Assembly: GCA_013265495.1 (NCBI GenBank)
Contig: MU057521.1
Coordinates: forward strand, 1,686,335 to 1,750,334
Source of the DNA: Vicugna vicugna
Lineage: Eukaryota
DNA: 64,000 nt
Direction of reading: 5' to 3'
Shown here: piece after piece, positions 35,816 to 49,104 of the stretch
Position numbering within the stretch: position 1 is the first letter of the stretch
How the letters are laid out: each line of letters begins with the position of its first letter
Notes under the pieces: generated by a model
What the model was told of the DNA's origin: nothing
Database searches by the model: none
Seen by the model: only the letters and a program-made list of their open reading frames with translations
Position numbers and translations under genes: made by a program

Positions 35816-37627
35816 TAGAGAATGTACTTTATCTGTTGAGGGATCACAGGCAGACATCTGAGAGCCCAGAAGTGGGGTCATTGGACTTTGAAGGACGCCA
35901 GCTGGCCCAACAGTATCTCAGTTGCCCTCTCCTTCTCTTGAGATGTACTCATTCAGGACAGAGAGTATATCTGTCTTGTTTTACGGCCTTATCTTAGGAA
36001 ATGGAAAGTCTGACGCACCATTAACATGCTCACCACGTATTTTTGAATGAATGATTCCACCAAGTACAACTTTCAGCCTCACTTCCCCTGAATGAGTTCC
36101 TGCCATGGAATCCTGTGGGGCTGTGGCCTGTTGGCACGTGACTTTCAGGTCCATTAAATTCTGACTTTTTTCACATCCTTTGGTTTGTGTGCGTAATTTG
36201 GCCCTGTTTGGGATTTTCTTATTTAATAGTGACAAGTCAAGGGAAGATGAAGTTGCTAAAATGCAAAGTCACAGTTCCTTTGTAAAATCTTTTAGTTGAG
36301 CCCCTCCAGGCCTCTTTCACCCCACTGACCTCTTATCTTTCGTGTGTGCACAGCGCTTTCTCTCTGTCCTCAGATATGCCATCAGCAGAATGTGTTTTAT
36401 GCAGATCTACTCCTGAATACATCAGGAGAATGTGGCTTCCCTTGGGTGCCAGATGTGAATCATTCTATTTGTAAGTAGTGGTAGCAGCCATGGTGGTGGT
36501 GGCAGTCGTCACTTACTGAGGGTTTTTTCTGAGCCAGGCATGTGCAGGCAGGGTCAGGTGTGCCTGTTGCATAGGTGAGGACGTGGGAGCTGCAGAGCCC
36601 AGGGATCCACTCCAGTGCTCTCAGCTCCTGAGTGGTGGAGCTGGGGTGCGAGTTCGCACTTTGACACCAGAGCCACACTCCTCAGGACCGTGTTCTGCTG
36701 CCTTTCGTAATTGCAAAAGATAGCTGGGGTTTGGTAATAGAAAAGGATATCAGATTGATCACAGATGTGGCATGGTGTTTGTGCCATAAAACTTGGGTAA
36801 AGATAAAGAAGAACATGAGGAGGGATCAGCCCAGCTCTTAGAGCAGTAACCCCAGAGCCCCTGTGAGGGGAGAAGGAGCCACGGTCTGTGTCAGTGGGGC
36901 TGGAGCCACGTGCCTTGGTGTAAACTGACACCACATTCCCCAGAATGTGGTAGAGAGACACACTGCCCAGTGCTTTTTCTGCCTCCAGCATGCTTGTGGG
37001 TGTGTAGCCCTGGGACTCTGGCCATTGTAGGAGTTATTAATTTAAGCTAGGAAAGCTTTGAGAATGTGGATAAACATTTAGACATAAAATTAATTTCTCT
37101 TAGAATATCTTCATGAAGCAAAACTGAAACTTTGTGAAACCCAAGAAGCTTACAGCAGGCAGTTAGGGGATTCTGATTATATGCTACAAGTATTATTTGT
37201 GCTGTTTTAAATCAGTATATACAATGGCTTTTCATGGGTTCAGTCTGGATCTTAGTGTCTATCACCCAACCCTGTATTTACTCTAAAGTCTTGTATTTAG
37301 CTCTGATTTCTCTTACCATGGATGTTTTCAGGAACATACCCCTACAGTTGGAGGAGATTACTGATATCACTAAACTTGATAGAATAATCTGTGTCTCCTA
37401 TACTAGGTTTCTGTAAGTACCTTCCAGGAAGGGACACTGTTTCCTGCCTTTGTAATGTTTGACTCAGTTCAATCCTAAGTAAATGGTCTTGGTTTATATT
37501 TAAGCAGTGATGCTAATTGCATAGTGTGTCTGTGTTCCCAGTGGGGTTATCTTATATCTATCCGTGGAAAGCAGCTATAGGATAAAGGATGACATTAAAA
37601 TTGAGTTGTGTTTCTCTCCCCCTCTAG

Positions 37628-37794
37628 GTTGCATCACAGCGTATTAGCTCAGTGGACCTCTCATGTTGTAGCCTGGAGCATCTGCCTGCCAACCTTTTCT
37701 ACAGCCAAGACCTCACTCATCTCAATTTAAAACAAAACTTCCTAAGGCAGAATCCCAGTCTGCCAACTGCCAGGGGGCTCAATGAACTGCAGAG
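37628..37794 (+). CDS. PHLPP1: PHLPP1 coding exon (probable exon 4), 167 bp; first LRRs: [55 protein letters not shown](R)
   Basis: Acceptor tttctctccccctctAG (37626-37627), donor AG|GTGAGC at 37795. LxxLxLxxNxL motif ([11 protein letters not shown]). Phase 0 in, phase 2 out. Translated by hand. Confidence 0.97.
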
Positions 37795-38729
37795 GTGAGC
37801 ATGCAGTGGGTGGTTAGGAAGGGGAAGAGTTTCTGGTTGTTTCTTGAATACTCCGACTTAAAAAGCTACAGTGGGTAACTTTTCCCTTTCAGAAGGCAGG
37901 GTAATAGGACTTTATTAGTGAGGACATTATTAATTCTCATTCTGAAAAAAACTTTTAAGTTCCCTTCCTTTGAAGTGAATGATTTATGATATTCATTAAC
38001 TGGATAGTTTTGTATAAGAAAAACACGTCACTTTAAATCACTCTTGTTTCTTAACCTGTCTACAAATGGTTCTGTGAAAAGTTAATGATATTTGGTGTGT
38101 TAGTTTTGAACTACAGAGGTCTGGTCATATTAAATTACTTCTCTCAAAATTTACGGAAGGTCAGTCTTTTTCCATGAAACGATATTTCCTTAGAAATTTA
38201 AGACCTAGGGTTTAAATCTATCAATACCACATCACCTGGGTGATTAGTGTATAAGTTTCAAGAGTCACATGTTAAATGAAAAAGATCTGCTTCTTTATAA
38301 CTAGAGGGAAGGGACTTTATTTGCATCTGTATAAAACAGATTTACCATATTCATTTCCTTTTTTTTTTTTTTTGGAGCAATGATCAGTTTTGATTCTGTG
38401 GTAAATGAAGCCTCTGGTACTTAAATATTTGTTGCAAATATCTGAGACTGTAACTACAGAAGGATGTAACTTTTAAATAAATAATGAATTGTTCATTTGC
38501 TGTGAAATGACTGATAACGGCAGAGATTAAACTGTGGTAATTAACTCTTACGGTTATATGTTTATAGTTTTTAACATCTGGAAAGAATAATCCAATAAGT
38601 GTTTATTATAAGGTTTGTTCAGATATGTAGGAAAAGGGAAGAGTATTTTAATTGTCTTTTCAGATAATTGTGAATATTCTTCTTTGATACTGTATCAAAA
38701 TTTGACAGGGGATAGTTTCCTAAATGTTG

Positions 38730-39510
38730 GTTCCAATGTGTAATGTAAAACCCTAACAGTGAGCTTTCAAAAGTTTTTCGCATTAGGATCCATTAGTCTT
38801 TCTTGTACTTTGAGTCTTTGCCCATATGTGATTTTACTGCATAAAGTCATTTGGAAAATACTGTTTTGTTGGGTAATACAGATATTCCAAATATTAACAT
38901 ATTTCATTTTGCAACTTGAAGAAATGGCAGTATCACAACTGATCTCATCAGAAAAAAGCTTTAGGTATTGGAAAGTTGTCAAGCTCACTGTGAAAATAAG
39001 TTATACAAAATTTAAATTTTCCATTGGAAGCTTGAAGGCTATCCTTGGCAACAGGTACTGTTAGGGTTTTTCCTGAAGTGACCTGTTCACTTCATTATAG
39101 AGAAAACATCTGCCATGAACCCAAGTCTGAAGTAATGAGCTTGTAAGTTGATCTTTCAAGTATCTATTCCGTGAACACTGGGACTAGTTTGGCTCACAGC
39201 TCAAATAATTCTAAGTGTCTTCCTTGAGAACTTCACATACAGCAAAAGTGCTTTATGTGTACTTCCCATTTATCACCCAGAAAATTAAAAAAACAAAAGA
39301 TATGTATTCAAGTGTTGAGATGTAATACCAATGACTGTCTTGCATCCTCAAGGGCATTTTTAAGTAAAACTGGCATTGTGCATTTTTAAAGTGTATTTTT
39401 GCTGTGATTTCCTGGCAGAGAAGAATACGGTGACCACGGGGACAGTTTGGTGCTGTGCTGAATCAGCTCCGTAGGCAGTACAAACTCCAGTGCGGATATT
39501 GTGCCCAACT
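38730..39510. mobile_element. Charlie1(a) hAT transposon internal fragment
   Basis: ctgatctcatcagaaaaaagctttaggtattggaaagttgtcaagctcac...tgaagtgac...cccaagtctgaa...aaagtgctttatgtgtacttcccattt match Charlie1 as I recall it. Confidence 0.75.
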
Positions 39511-40469
39511 CTTTCTTATTGTTCCCTGGAGCTGATGGGGACAATGGAAGGAAGCCACAGCGAAATTCTTCAGCTTAGGTTTTTATGTGCCCTCTGCAGT
39601 GATAACATGGTTTTTACTCACACTGCTGTAGTAAAGATACTATGCTTTTTTGCTAAAGGGTTATATCGTGATTCTGTCTGTTTTTGAGCTTTGAAATATT
39701 CTTGTGTATTTCACAGCACTGAACGATAGGCTTCTGCACTTCCGTTACAGAGCATGGAGAACTTTGTGTCATGGTATTGCATCCTGATGTCTCACTCAGA
39801 ACAGCAAGGGCATTAGCATTTATCCAAACCGATGCTCTGGTTTTAGAGATGAGGTAGTGGGAGATGCTAAATGTCGAATCAGATTAACAGTTACTTTCTG
39901 GGGAGGCGGTTGGGGGATGGGATTGGGAAATGATTTGAAGATGGTTTCAACTAGATGCATAATGTTTATATCTTAAAAAAAAAGATTAGAGGCAAGTGGA
40001 CAATGTTAATATTTGAAAAAGCTAAATTATAGCTACTTGGATGATCATTATTTTCTGTGGTTTCTAAATAGTCTAAAAATTAAAACTTAAACCAAAAGAA
40101 AAGCAAAATACTTCTCATTACGTGGGGGAATATGGTGCTTCCAAAGAGTCCGCATTTATGGACTAAATAAATACCCAGATGGAAGGGTATCTGGGGCATT
40201 GCCTTTCCTGCTGGGGCTTTCAGAATCCCCTGATTGGTTCCCCATATCTATTGATTCTAAATTTATAAATATCTTTTCAACCCATTTGCTTTTCTCCTCT
40301 GTTTCCCATCTCTCAACACACACCATCTCTGCCCATCTGTCGGAGGAAGCCCCTCCAGCTCTCACCTGGACTCTTGTAAGAGCTTTAGAGTACAGCTCGT
40401 CTTCCTGTCATTTGCCCACTGCAGTTCTTCCTCTCTAGTTTTCTTGTCTATTATTTCGTACGTTTTTTG

Positions 40470-42610
40470 GTTTTATTTAGTATCTTTTTAAAATTTAAAC
40501 TTTTCACCCATCAAAGTAATATTGTATATAGAAAATCTTAATAAGCAATAAGACATAAGAAATAAGTGCTTTAAACTCCTTGTACCCAAGTCCTGATTTC
40601 TAGGCAACCACTTTGGAGTCTTTAGGCTCTTTTTGCTGCTTTCTTGCTTATTGCTATAGAAGATGAGGATTTAACTCTTCTCCATCGTCTCACACCCCCT
40701 TGGCACCATGCCACGTGCACAGACCGCCGCTTCTCCCATCCTCTTGATGTCCAGGTGTCCATTTTTGGTTAAGTCGGTGTTGAGGGTTGACATTATTTTG
40801 AGCATGGAGCTCTGATTCATCTCTAAGGCACTTAAACACAGCGATTCCATGGCCTTTCTTGTGCTGGCTGGACAGGAGCCTCTCTTGTTCATTTGTGTAC
40901 TCTTTTTCTCATATATTGTTGAGCTTTCTGACAAAACTTTACTCTCTTCTCAGCACCTTCTTCTTGGAGACACCCTCGTTTCTGGGGCCGGCATGGGTCC
41001 CTGCTGGGTGGGTCTGCCACACAGCCGCTGTCCTGAGGTTACCTTGTGTCGTTTTCCTGGTAACTCCCTTTTCATCTCTCCTCAGTTTTCCATGTTTTCC
41101 TGTGTCTAGTGACTCCTTTCTTGCTTTACTCCCACTTTTTGATGGAATGTCTTCCAATATCTTCCTGAGAAAGAGGATATGGGAGACAGATCTATTAAAC
41201 ACTTCACATATCTAAAAATATTTTTCTCCCATACTTGATTGAATATTTGGCTGGCTTCTAGACGGGAAAACGTGTGTCTCAGAATTTCAAAGCAAGTGCA
41301 TCGTTGTCTTCTAGCTTCGGCAGTTGCTATCGTAGTCTGATTCCTGTCTTCAGAGACCCTTTTTCCTCAATTTTTTTTTAAACAACCCCAGAAAAGATTT
41401 TAGCAATTTCTCTGTATGGAGCTCTTTATTCATTTTAGCCACTATGGTGAACACTTGATCTGAGAAAATTATGTCCTTCAGTTCTAGAAAGCTGTCTCAT
41501 TACATTTTTTGATACTCTCTTCCCCCATCTTGGTTTTCTCTTTTCTTCCTCTGTTTCCTTCTGTTTTTTTTTTTAGGCAGGACCTCCTTGTTTACCCTCT
41601 GATTGTCTAATTTTCCTATCTGTCTGTCTTAATGCCCTATTTCTTGACAGGTTTTCTTCATCTTCTGAATTTCTGTTGTCTTTTTTTCAATAGTTCTTCC
41701 TTATTTGTTTGTTTGTTTAATTTGTGTGCATTTTAATAGCATTCTGTGCCCCCGCCATGGATGTATTTCTTCTATTTCTGAGGACATTTAATTCATTCGT
41801 TCATTCATTTCCTTCTTGCGATGTCTTGATTTCTTTTTTCCTGTTTGTATAGGCATCTGATTTTTATGTTAGAAACTTGCCTTTTAACTGGTGATCCTTT
41901 GCTGTCTGCTCCTATTTAATGGTGTGCCACTGAGAAGTGAATTGGGTGCCGTGGGCAGGCTTTCTCCTTCGTACAGCTTTACTGCAAGGGCTGTCAGGGG
42001 TGAGCCTTGTGGTTTCGTTGGGGAACTTCCAGAGACAGTATCTCTGGATCTCCTCCCCAGGGTGTGTCAGTTGTACTTGAGAGGAATCCTCTGGTCTTTT
42101 GTGTGGGCAGTGCATGCCAAGATTCAGGGAGTGGAGTAGGGAAGAGAGCTGGAATCGCAAGGTTTAGTGTGTGGACTTTCATTTGACCCACTGTCTTCAG
42201 GACAGCTTTCCTGCTATGCCTGATGTCTATGAGCCAGCGACTTGGGTTCAGTTTCTTCCAGGGTATAAACTGTCTCCTACTGGAACTGGGGAGAGGATCT
42301 GAGGTCTAACTCTTCCTTACATAACCTTATGAAAGTCTTTTTGTAGAAGTATAGCAAAACCATAGAAAAGGCACAACTATGAGTGTACAGTTAGATGGGT
42401 TTCCAGAAAGTGAGCACATCCATGTGATCGGTGCTCATAGTGAGAAATAGAAAATTGCTGGCACCCAGAAGCCCTCCCTGTGCCCCTCCTCTTAGGACCC
42501 TAAAGATAGTCGCTGTCCCCACTTCTAACACCATAAATTAGTTTTGCCTGTTTTTGTACATAAGAATCATAACATATGCACTTGTGTGCAGCTTCTTTCA
42601 TTTACAGTGT
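40470..42610 (-). mobile_element. Ancient antisense HAL1/L1M ORF1-type remnant plus an L1ME 3' fragment (about 42340-42610)
   Basis: T-rich. ttcacatatctaaaaatattttt...tacttgattgaatatttggctgg...cagaatttcaaag...ttgtcttctagcttc resemble reverse L1/HAL1 ORF1 sequence. Confidence 0.55.
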
Positions 42611-43940
42611 TTAGAAGCAAAACAAAGCATATCAAGTTACGTGTTATCAACTTGCACTGTATAGTTTGTAGTATAAAGTGTGACTTTGATTCCTTTAAGG
42701 CAGAAGACTTTTCACTTTTGCGCTGCCACTATGTTTCTGTTTTGTTTCTGCTGCTTTAAGCACAGGAGAGAGAGGCCGAGGGGACTTGGTAGGTAGCGTC
42801 TGAGCTACTGGTGAAGCTGATGTTGGGAAAAACTAAGCTTTAGACCAATTTCTTTTTCACTGTGCACTAGTATGAGATTTGTACCCTCACCCCCATTATG
42901 CAAGAAAGATTTTATTGCTCAGTTTTCAAAGTAGTAAGTTTGTAAGTGTAGGCACATGCATGTTTAATGCTAGGAATTGAAATTATATATTTTTAAAACT
43001 TATTTATACTTCAAAAAGCACTCATGTAGCTTATTTAGGGTCCTACAGTTAGTATGGTATTTTTGACATATGCCATGTATTTCTTATTTTTAGTTATATG
43101 TTTAGGGAATTTGTGCTAATCTCTAATGTATGTTTCACAGGGAATATGTTAGAGAGGTACCAAAAGGTAATTTATTTTTATGTTTTAACCAAAGTCTCCA
43201 GGGATGAATTTTTAGTTACAGTGTTAGGGCAAATATCCAGGGAGAAACTTTAAGTACAGTGCATTTACAACAGATAGGGGTTCTGAGAACTTCTCTTAAC
43301 CACATATCCCCCTAATTTTTCTTTCTGTTGCAACTTCTCACCTTAAACAAATGAGCCACTTTAGATGGAACATTTAAAATGCTATTTGCAGCAGCATTCT
43401 AATTCTGGAAAGATGGCATGCTGATGTACACACACAGGCCAGCAGTTTCAGAGGGAAAACATTGTTCTTGGAACTACCAGTGTTTGTTTTTCCTTTATTG
43501 GCATTGGAAACTCTTCACGTTAATTTTCAAAAATAGAGGAAAGGCAAAATCAGAGTAACTGTTGGTAGTTTTAGTGAGTTCTTTTCTGATTCTATATGTC
43601 ACAATAATTACAATGTAGTGTTTGCCTCTGTTTTATTGATAGTATTTCACTTATGTTAATTGTATCTCCATTTAGATGACCCAGATGGTATTAATGCTAA
43701 GATTGTTATTATTTACCATGAAGAACTGTTTTTAAAAAAATATAGTAAATTTCTTTGTAAAGGCAATGAAGAGGACAACTTTTTGCTGGTTAGATTCAAG
43801 GGACATAATTTTCCTTCCCATGTCTTAATTTTATTGTTTTTAATCCTGTATCAGAGCAGTGTGAACTTATTTGTATTAAGTTATATTGGTGTTCAAACAT
43901 TTTAAATGTAACTTTTACATTTAAATGAGCTAAAAATCCA

Positions 43941-44096
43941 GGAGGGAGGACATAGCTCAGTGGTAGAGAGTGTGTTTAGCACGCACAAGATCCAGGGTTC
44001 AATCCTGGTACCTCCGTTAAAATAAATATGTACATACATATGAACATAAATAAAATAAACCTAATTACCCCCCCAAAAAACAAAAAAGATATAAAA
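43941..44096 (+). mobile_element. Vic-1-type tRNA-Ala SINE
   Basis: ggagggaggacatagctcagtggtagagagtgtgtttagcacgcacaagatccagggttcaatcctggtacctcc, tail aaataaacctaattacccccccaaaa. TSD-like aaaWgagctaaa at 43923-43934 and 44093-44104. Confidence 0.88.
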
Positions 44097-46442
44097 GAGC
44101 TAAAGCTATTATTTATTAAAATTTCATGAGTAGTAATATTGCACTGACAGATCTAGAGTTTGTAAGGGATGATAGTTCACAGAGTTCTTTTATGGTGATA
44201 ATCCAGTGCAGTGTTTACAAAGAGCAATGTCAAGACCAAAGTCAAAAGCAAAGTTTGATAGTAATGATTTGTATGTGTATGTTTCTGGTAGCTTTGTCCA
44301 TGATACTTGGAAAGTTATCTGACTAGATGTGAAATTTCTTTCAGATGAAAAAATAAGAGAGATGGGAGAGGCAGGGGTTTTTCAAACAGAGAGAAGGAAT
44401 GAAGTTGAGTTGGGTGTGTAAGTACGTGGGTGTAGCAGAATGAAAGTTATGAAGCGTTGAGAAACTCATAATTATGCGTGGTATTTATCAAGTACCTTTT
44501 TTCTTAGCTCAATTTTCTGCATGTTTAGTCTCCATGAAATGGAAAACAAATAACCTTATTTCCTACTGTCTTCTTTTGGGGATCTTGGTATTCCAGAGCT
44601 ACAGAGTTATTTGTTTTAATTACTTGTTCTTACCAAAAGCTCACACTTCCAGGTTTTTTATAGAAAGATTTTAGTTTTTGTTTTTATCAGTAATTCCTGG
44701 AAACTCACTTTTGATGGAAATAGTGATGGTTCATTATCATAGTGGGATCAGGAGTGGCATGCTAACATATGTTTGCAGCTCACTTGCCAGACATAGACTG
44801 CAGTCCTTAGGACACTTTGAGCATCTCGGAAGATGCTGTGTCATATAAAAAAGTATCACAAGCAAACAAGAGCCACTCACTGCTGAAGGAAGGGTACAGC
44901 CGATGCATTAAAGAAAAAACACTTGGCACAAGCGCTGCTCAGGAAGAGGGAACCTTGGGAAGGAATTCCCACTGCTGGCTTTTGGCGAGGCTTGCCAAAT
45001 GTTTAAGGAATTTCGTAGACTGTATGGAATGTCCCCAACACTGGGAGTCCTTTTCTTACACAGCTCTGCATTTCAGATGGAATTTTCATCCTCTTGGGAA
45101 GCTGTCCATCTCACAGGATTCCCATTTTCCTTCGCTGAGCATTTGATCAAAGGAAAGCCTTCGCCTGGTGCTCGGGGCACTGGCATTGGGTAGCATCTGG
45201 TGCTCTCCTAGGCCTCGGCTCCCAGCCTCGGTGCTGGTAATAATGGCCTGTTTTCTCCTTCCCTCACATAGCGCATTTAGAAGAGGGAGCTCGGAAAGAA
45301 ACAAAAGATTGATTGATCAACCAGACTGTATTAAATTGCAGTTTTCCCTATTGACTTCTTAGGATCCTTTAAGATGTTCTTTAACTGTTTCCCCCCGACT
45401 TAAATAAAAAGGGGAGAGGGAGCTTCAGAAGCCTTGGCTTGAATCCAGCGAGGCTGTTATGTTCTGGCCAGCTCTCTTCTTCCGTTTATTTTAGTTGGGC
45501 TCTTTGCTCTACTCTCTGGGTTTTAACTTAACTGTAAGAGTTTAACGTTAAACATACTGTTTGTAGATATTTGCTGTTCTGTGTAGTAACCAACTTTTCA
45601 CTCTGTGCAGCTCTTAGGGGACAATGATAAGCATGCAGGAAGGGGGCCAAAAGTTGTTGATGGTTAAATATCATGACATAACATGGGACTTGGGAACGCG
45701 ATTAATATCATTTTGATGACTTCTGAAATAACGTTTTGGTTGCTAGTGTGAGAATGCTGATGGGAACCAGTAACATTTTTCTCTCTCCCTCACATCAGAC
45801 GCAGCTAACTCTGGATCTCCTTCTGACAACGTACACGTGTAACTTTGGAAAACTAAAGACCCATGAGGGTTTCTGTTTGTCCTAAGAGTGCCTGTGATTT
45901 TGGTGTTACTCACCATGTTCTCCGTGGTAATAGGACTTTGGATGGGAGGAGACGCGCTCCTGTTGTCATCGGGCTTGGGCGGATTAGGATGATGATGCTA
46001 GAGCTGGCGGGGGCATTTGACAGCGGCCTCTAGAAAGCAGGGCACACCCATGCCTCCCTGAGGATGTCTCTGGGACTCATAATTAACAAGAAACCTTAGG
46101 GAAAGTCTGACTTTCGAAATAGTTGTTCTTTCCTCCAATTTTAAAATTTCTGTCAGAAGGCTCACTTTGACCCCACATGAAGGGGTGTGTGTGTAGGGGA
46201 AGCACAATAAGGGAAAAGGAGATGTTATCTGATTTATGTAATACAAAAACCCACACATCCTAGGATAGGCTATTTCACTCCTCTATTCAAAACTTTCCAT
46301 AGATCAATAGCAGCGTCTTCATCTGGAATTAGAGGCACTCTGAATAGTCTTTAATCGTCCTTTGCAACCACAGGCGTGCTTTCTGCTTATCAGTGTATAG
46401 TTTGCTTAACGTAAGAACACCTGGAGTTTTTGCCCTCCAGAT

Positions 46443-46611
46443 CAGTGTTTCTCAAAATGTGGTTTGTGAAATGCCTGTGTCAGAATCACCTGGGTGTTTA
46501 CTGGAGACAGATACCTGGTTTTCATCCCAGACCTGCTCATTCAGAACTTCTGGTGATAGGGCCCAGGAATCTGCATTTGAACAACGCTTACTCAAGTTTG
46601 AGAAACAGTTG
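46443..46611. mobile_element. MER5A-like hAT element
   Basis: Terminal inverted repeats cagtgtttctcaaa...tttgagaaacagttg; internal cagaatcacctggg and gggcccaggaatctgcattt. Confidence 0.85.
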
Positions 46612-49104
46612 CACCGACCTATTCTTCTTGAATGTTCTCTTTTCTGTTCTCCATCTGCCTTTTGAACTCTTGTTCATGTCCCTGAGATAAAAGTGAGTTT
46701 TCTCTTCTGGAAGCACTCATAATTTTTTTGAAGTACGTTTTCATCTGTTATTTTATATTATAGCAGCTTTGCTTCCAAACTGTTTCAAGTTCCTGGAGGG
46801 GGAAAACCATGCCTAATTCACATTTGTATGCGTCACACACCTTTGGGCCAAATAAGAACTCCGAATGTGTTTAGCGAATGAATGGTTTAGTCTCATGATC
46901 GGACGTTTATTATACCTCATAAACGGTGGGTGTTGGACATTTTTCTGTTTAACTACCAGATATGCCTGGTCTGTTTGTGATGTGAGCTTACGCTTTTCAT
47001 GTCTGAGCACATTGTCATGACATAATTATTCTCTCTGGCTTTAGCTCATGCTCACCTTCTCCTTTGGTAATCCAGTTTCCTTGATAGAGACGTTATCTGG
47101 TTTTCATTTTTATAAATCCTTGTATGACTCAACTGGGATTTTGTCCAAGTATACTGTGTATGTCTTCTCTTTTTTGAGAAGAGGAAACAGTAATCTGTTT
47201 TCTGCCTGTTGCAGAAATGTTCTTTTTACATTTTATTATTTGCTCTTCTAGTGTGGTGGTTAATATTAAACATCTCTTGAATAGTACCGTGATTAAATTG
47301 GCTAACTATAGGCAGATCTGTTGGTAAGAAAATGAAAAAAAAATGTAACCATGGATAAATTGAGAAGGCATTTCATAAGAGACAGATTTAACTGTAACAT
47401 AACGTATGTCTTGTCTTTTTGATTATTATGTTGCAAATTTATAAAAGAATCAGAAAATGACAGATTTATGCTGCTTATAACTCATTGTTTTCATGAATCT
47501 AGTGCAGAGTTACTGTAGATCTGGTGACTGCTGTTTCCACATAATTACCATCTTATGGTTTGGAGTGGTTTTCTATATAATGTGATTACTTGATTCATGG
47601 GAGCCTGCCCCTGCACGCACCCCACCTCCTCCCATCCCTTCCTGTGGGCAGGGGCTTTGTTTTGTTGGCTGTTGTATTCATAGGGTTAATTTAGTCTAGG
47701 ATCTGGCACAAAGTAAGTAACCAAGAAATGCCTTCTGTTTGAATTATTTTAAAAGGCAGGATTAAAATAAAACTTTCTCTCTTTAGAGTATGCTTTAATT
47801 TGCCCTTACGCAACATGTCCGCTATAATTATTGCCAACACTTGGGTGTTCTCCATTTCCTTGATTATTATTTTGGAAAAATTATGTCTTTGAGTTGTAGC
47901 TCTGGTGTACTTATTCTGCTTTTTAAAATTTGTAGCAGTTCTTAAGAAAATTTTGCTTAAACCCTCCTGTGGTTGTAAATTTTAAATTTTATCCAAGTAA
48001 AATATGCGTGTGTTTATGTTTTCTAGTCATTTAAGAAGGTGATATGCTTGTTTTACTTACACTGAGAGTCATTTATGGTGATTAGGACTAAACTAAGATG
48101 GGGTGGTTTCTGTTTATTTTGGCTCGGGTGTTAAGAAGCTGGTCGTGTGCCCTAGTAGCTTTTGGGTATGCTGAACCTTCCAGAAGACCCTGGCAGGTGC
48201 TAACTGAGAACAAGGCTGGTGAGCTGCTCGGGTCTTGGAAACGAATGGCATGCGTAAGTTCACATGGATTCATTTCAAAAGTTATAAAAGGACAGCAGGA
48301 GAAAACACTGCACCAAGAAACAGAGAAGTCACCGATGAGTGTTCAGTTCCAGGGCAGTACAGTTTGGGGGTGTGGAGAGCAATGTAAGAGCTAAAAGGAG
48401 TTGAGTCATGCTTTCTGAAGGGTAGGTGTTCCCAGCAATTCTGAAGCAGGCCCAAAGATTCAAATGTTTCTCATGCCACTGCAACCACAGACAAGTCCAA
48501 GAGGAATGTGCGGCAAAGGAATTTCTCCATACAAGAGAGAGACTCTTAAGTCTTCTGCAAATTATTTTGTTTTCTTACATAATTATTATAGCATGTAAAG
48601 GTTGCCCTATATCATTCCTGGATTGGGGCAAAACTATTAAAACATGGTATAGGACTAAGTTTGCAAGCCAGTAAGGTTCCACACCAAAGGAGTTGGAATT
48701 TGAAGAGCACATGGAAATGAATCAGAAGTTACTGACTGGTGTCTTTCATTCATTGATGTAACTGATGTTTCTTGAGAGAAAGTACATTTCATTACACATT
48801 TTTAAAATGTACTTTAATAACTTTCCCAAGATTTGTCCCTCTAAATACAAAACAGTTACTCTGTAAAACTAATAATTTTATTAAAGCATTTTAGTGACTC
48901 CAAACCACAAGGTGAGCTCTTAGGAAGAACGAAAATATAGACACTTGGTTTTATAAATTCTCTCGGAAACAAAGAAGAGAGAAACAGTAAGTGTCACCTG
49001 TTTTTACCCAAGCCTTTCTCTTTGTCTGTTGTATTGGAATGGCACTAAATTTTCTCTTTTTGTTCTCTCTTCCCCTAGTACATGAAACGTATTTAAATTG
49101 AACA

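Noticed and set aside
36554..36991. 145-aa minus-strand ORF
   Set aside because: GC-rich, partly MIR-like sequence with few stops by composition; no domain or splice support.
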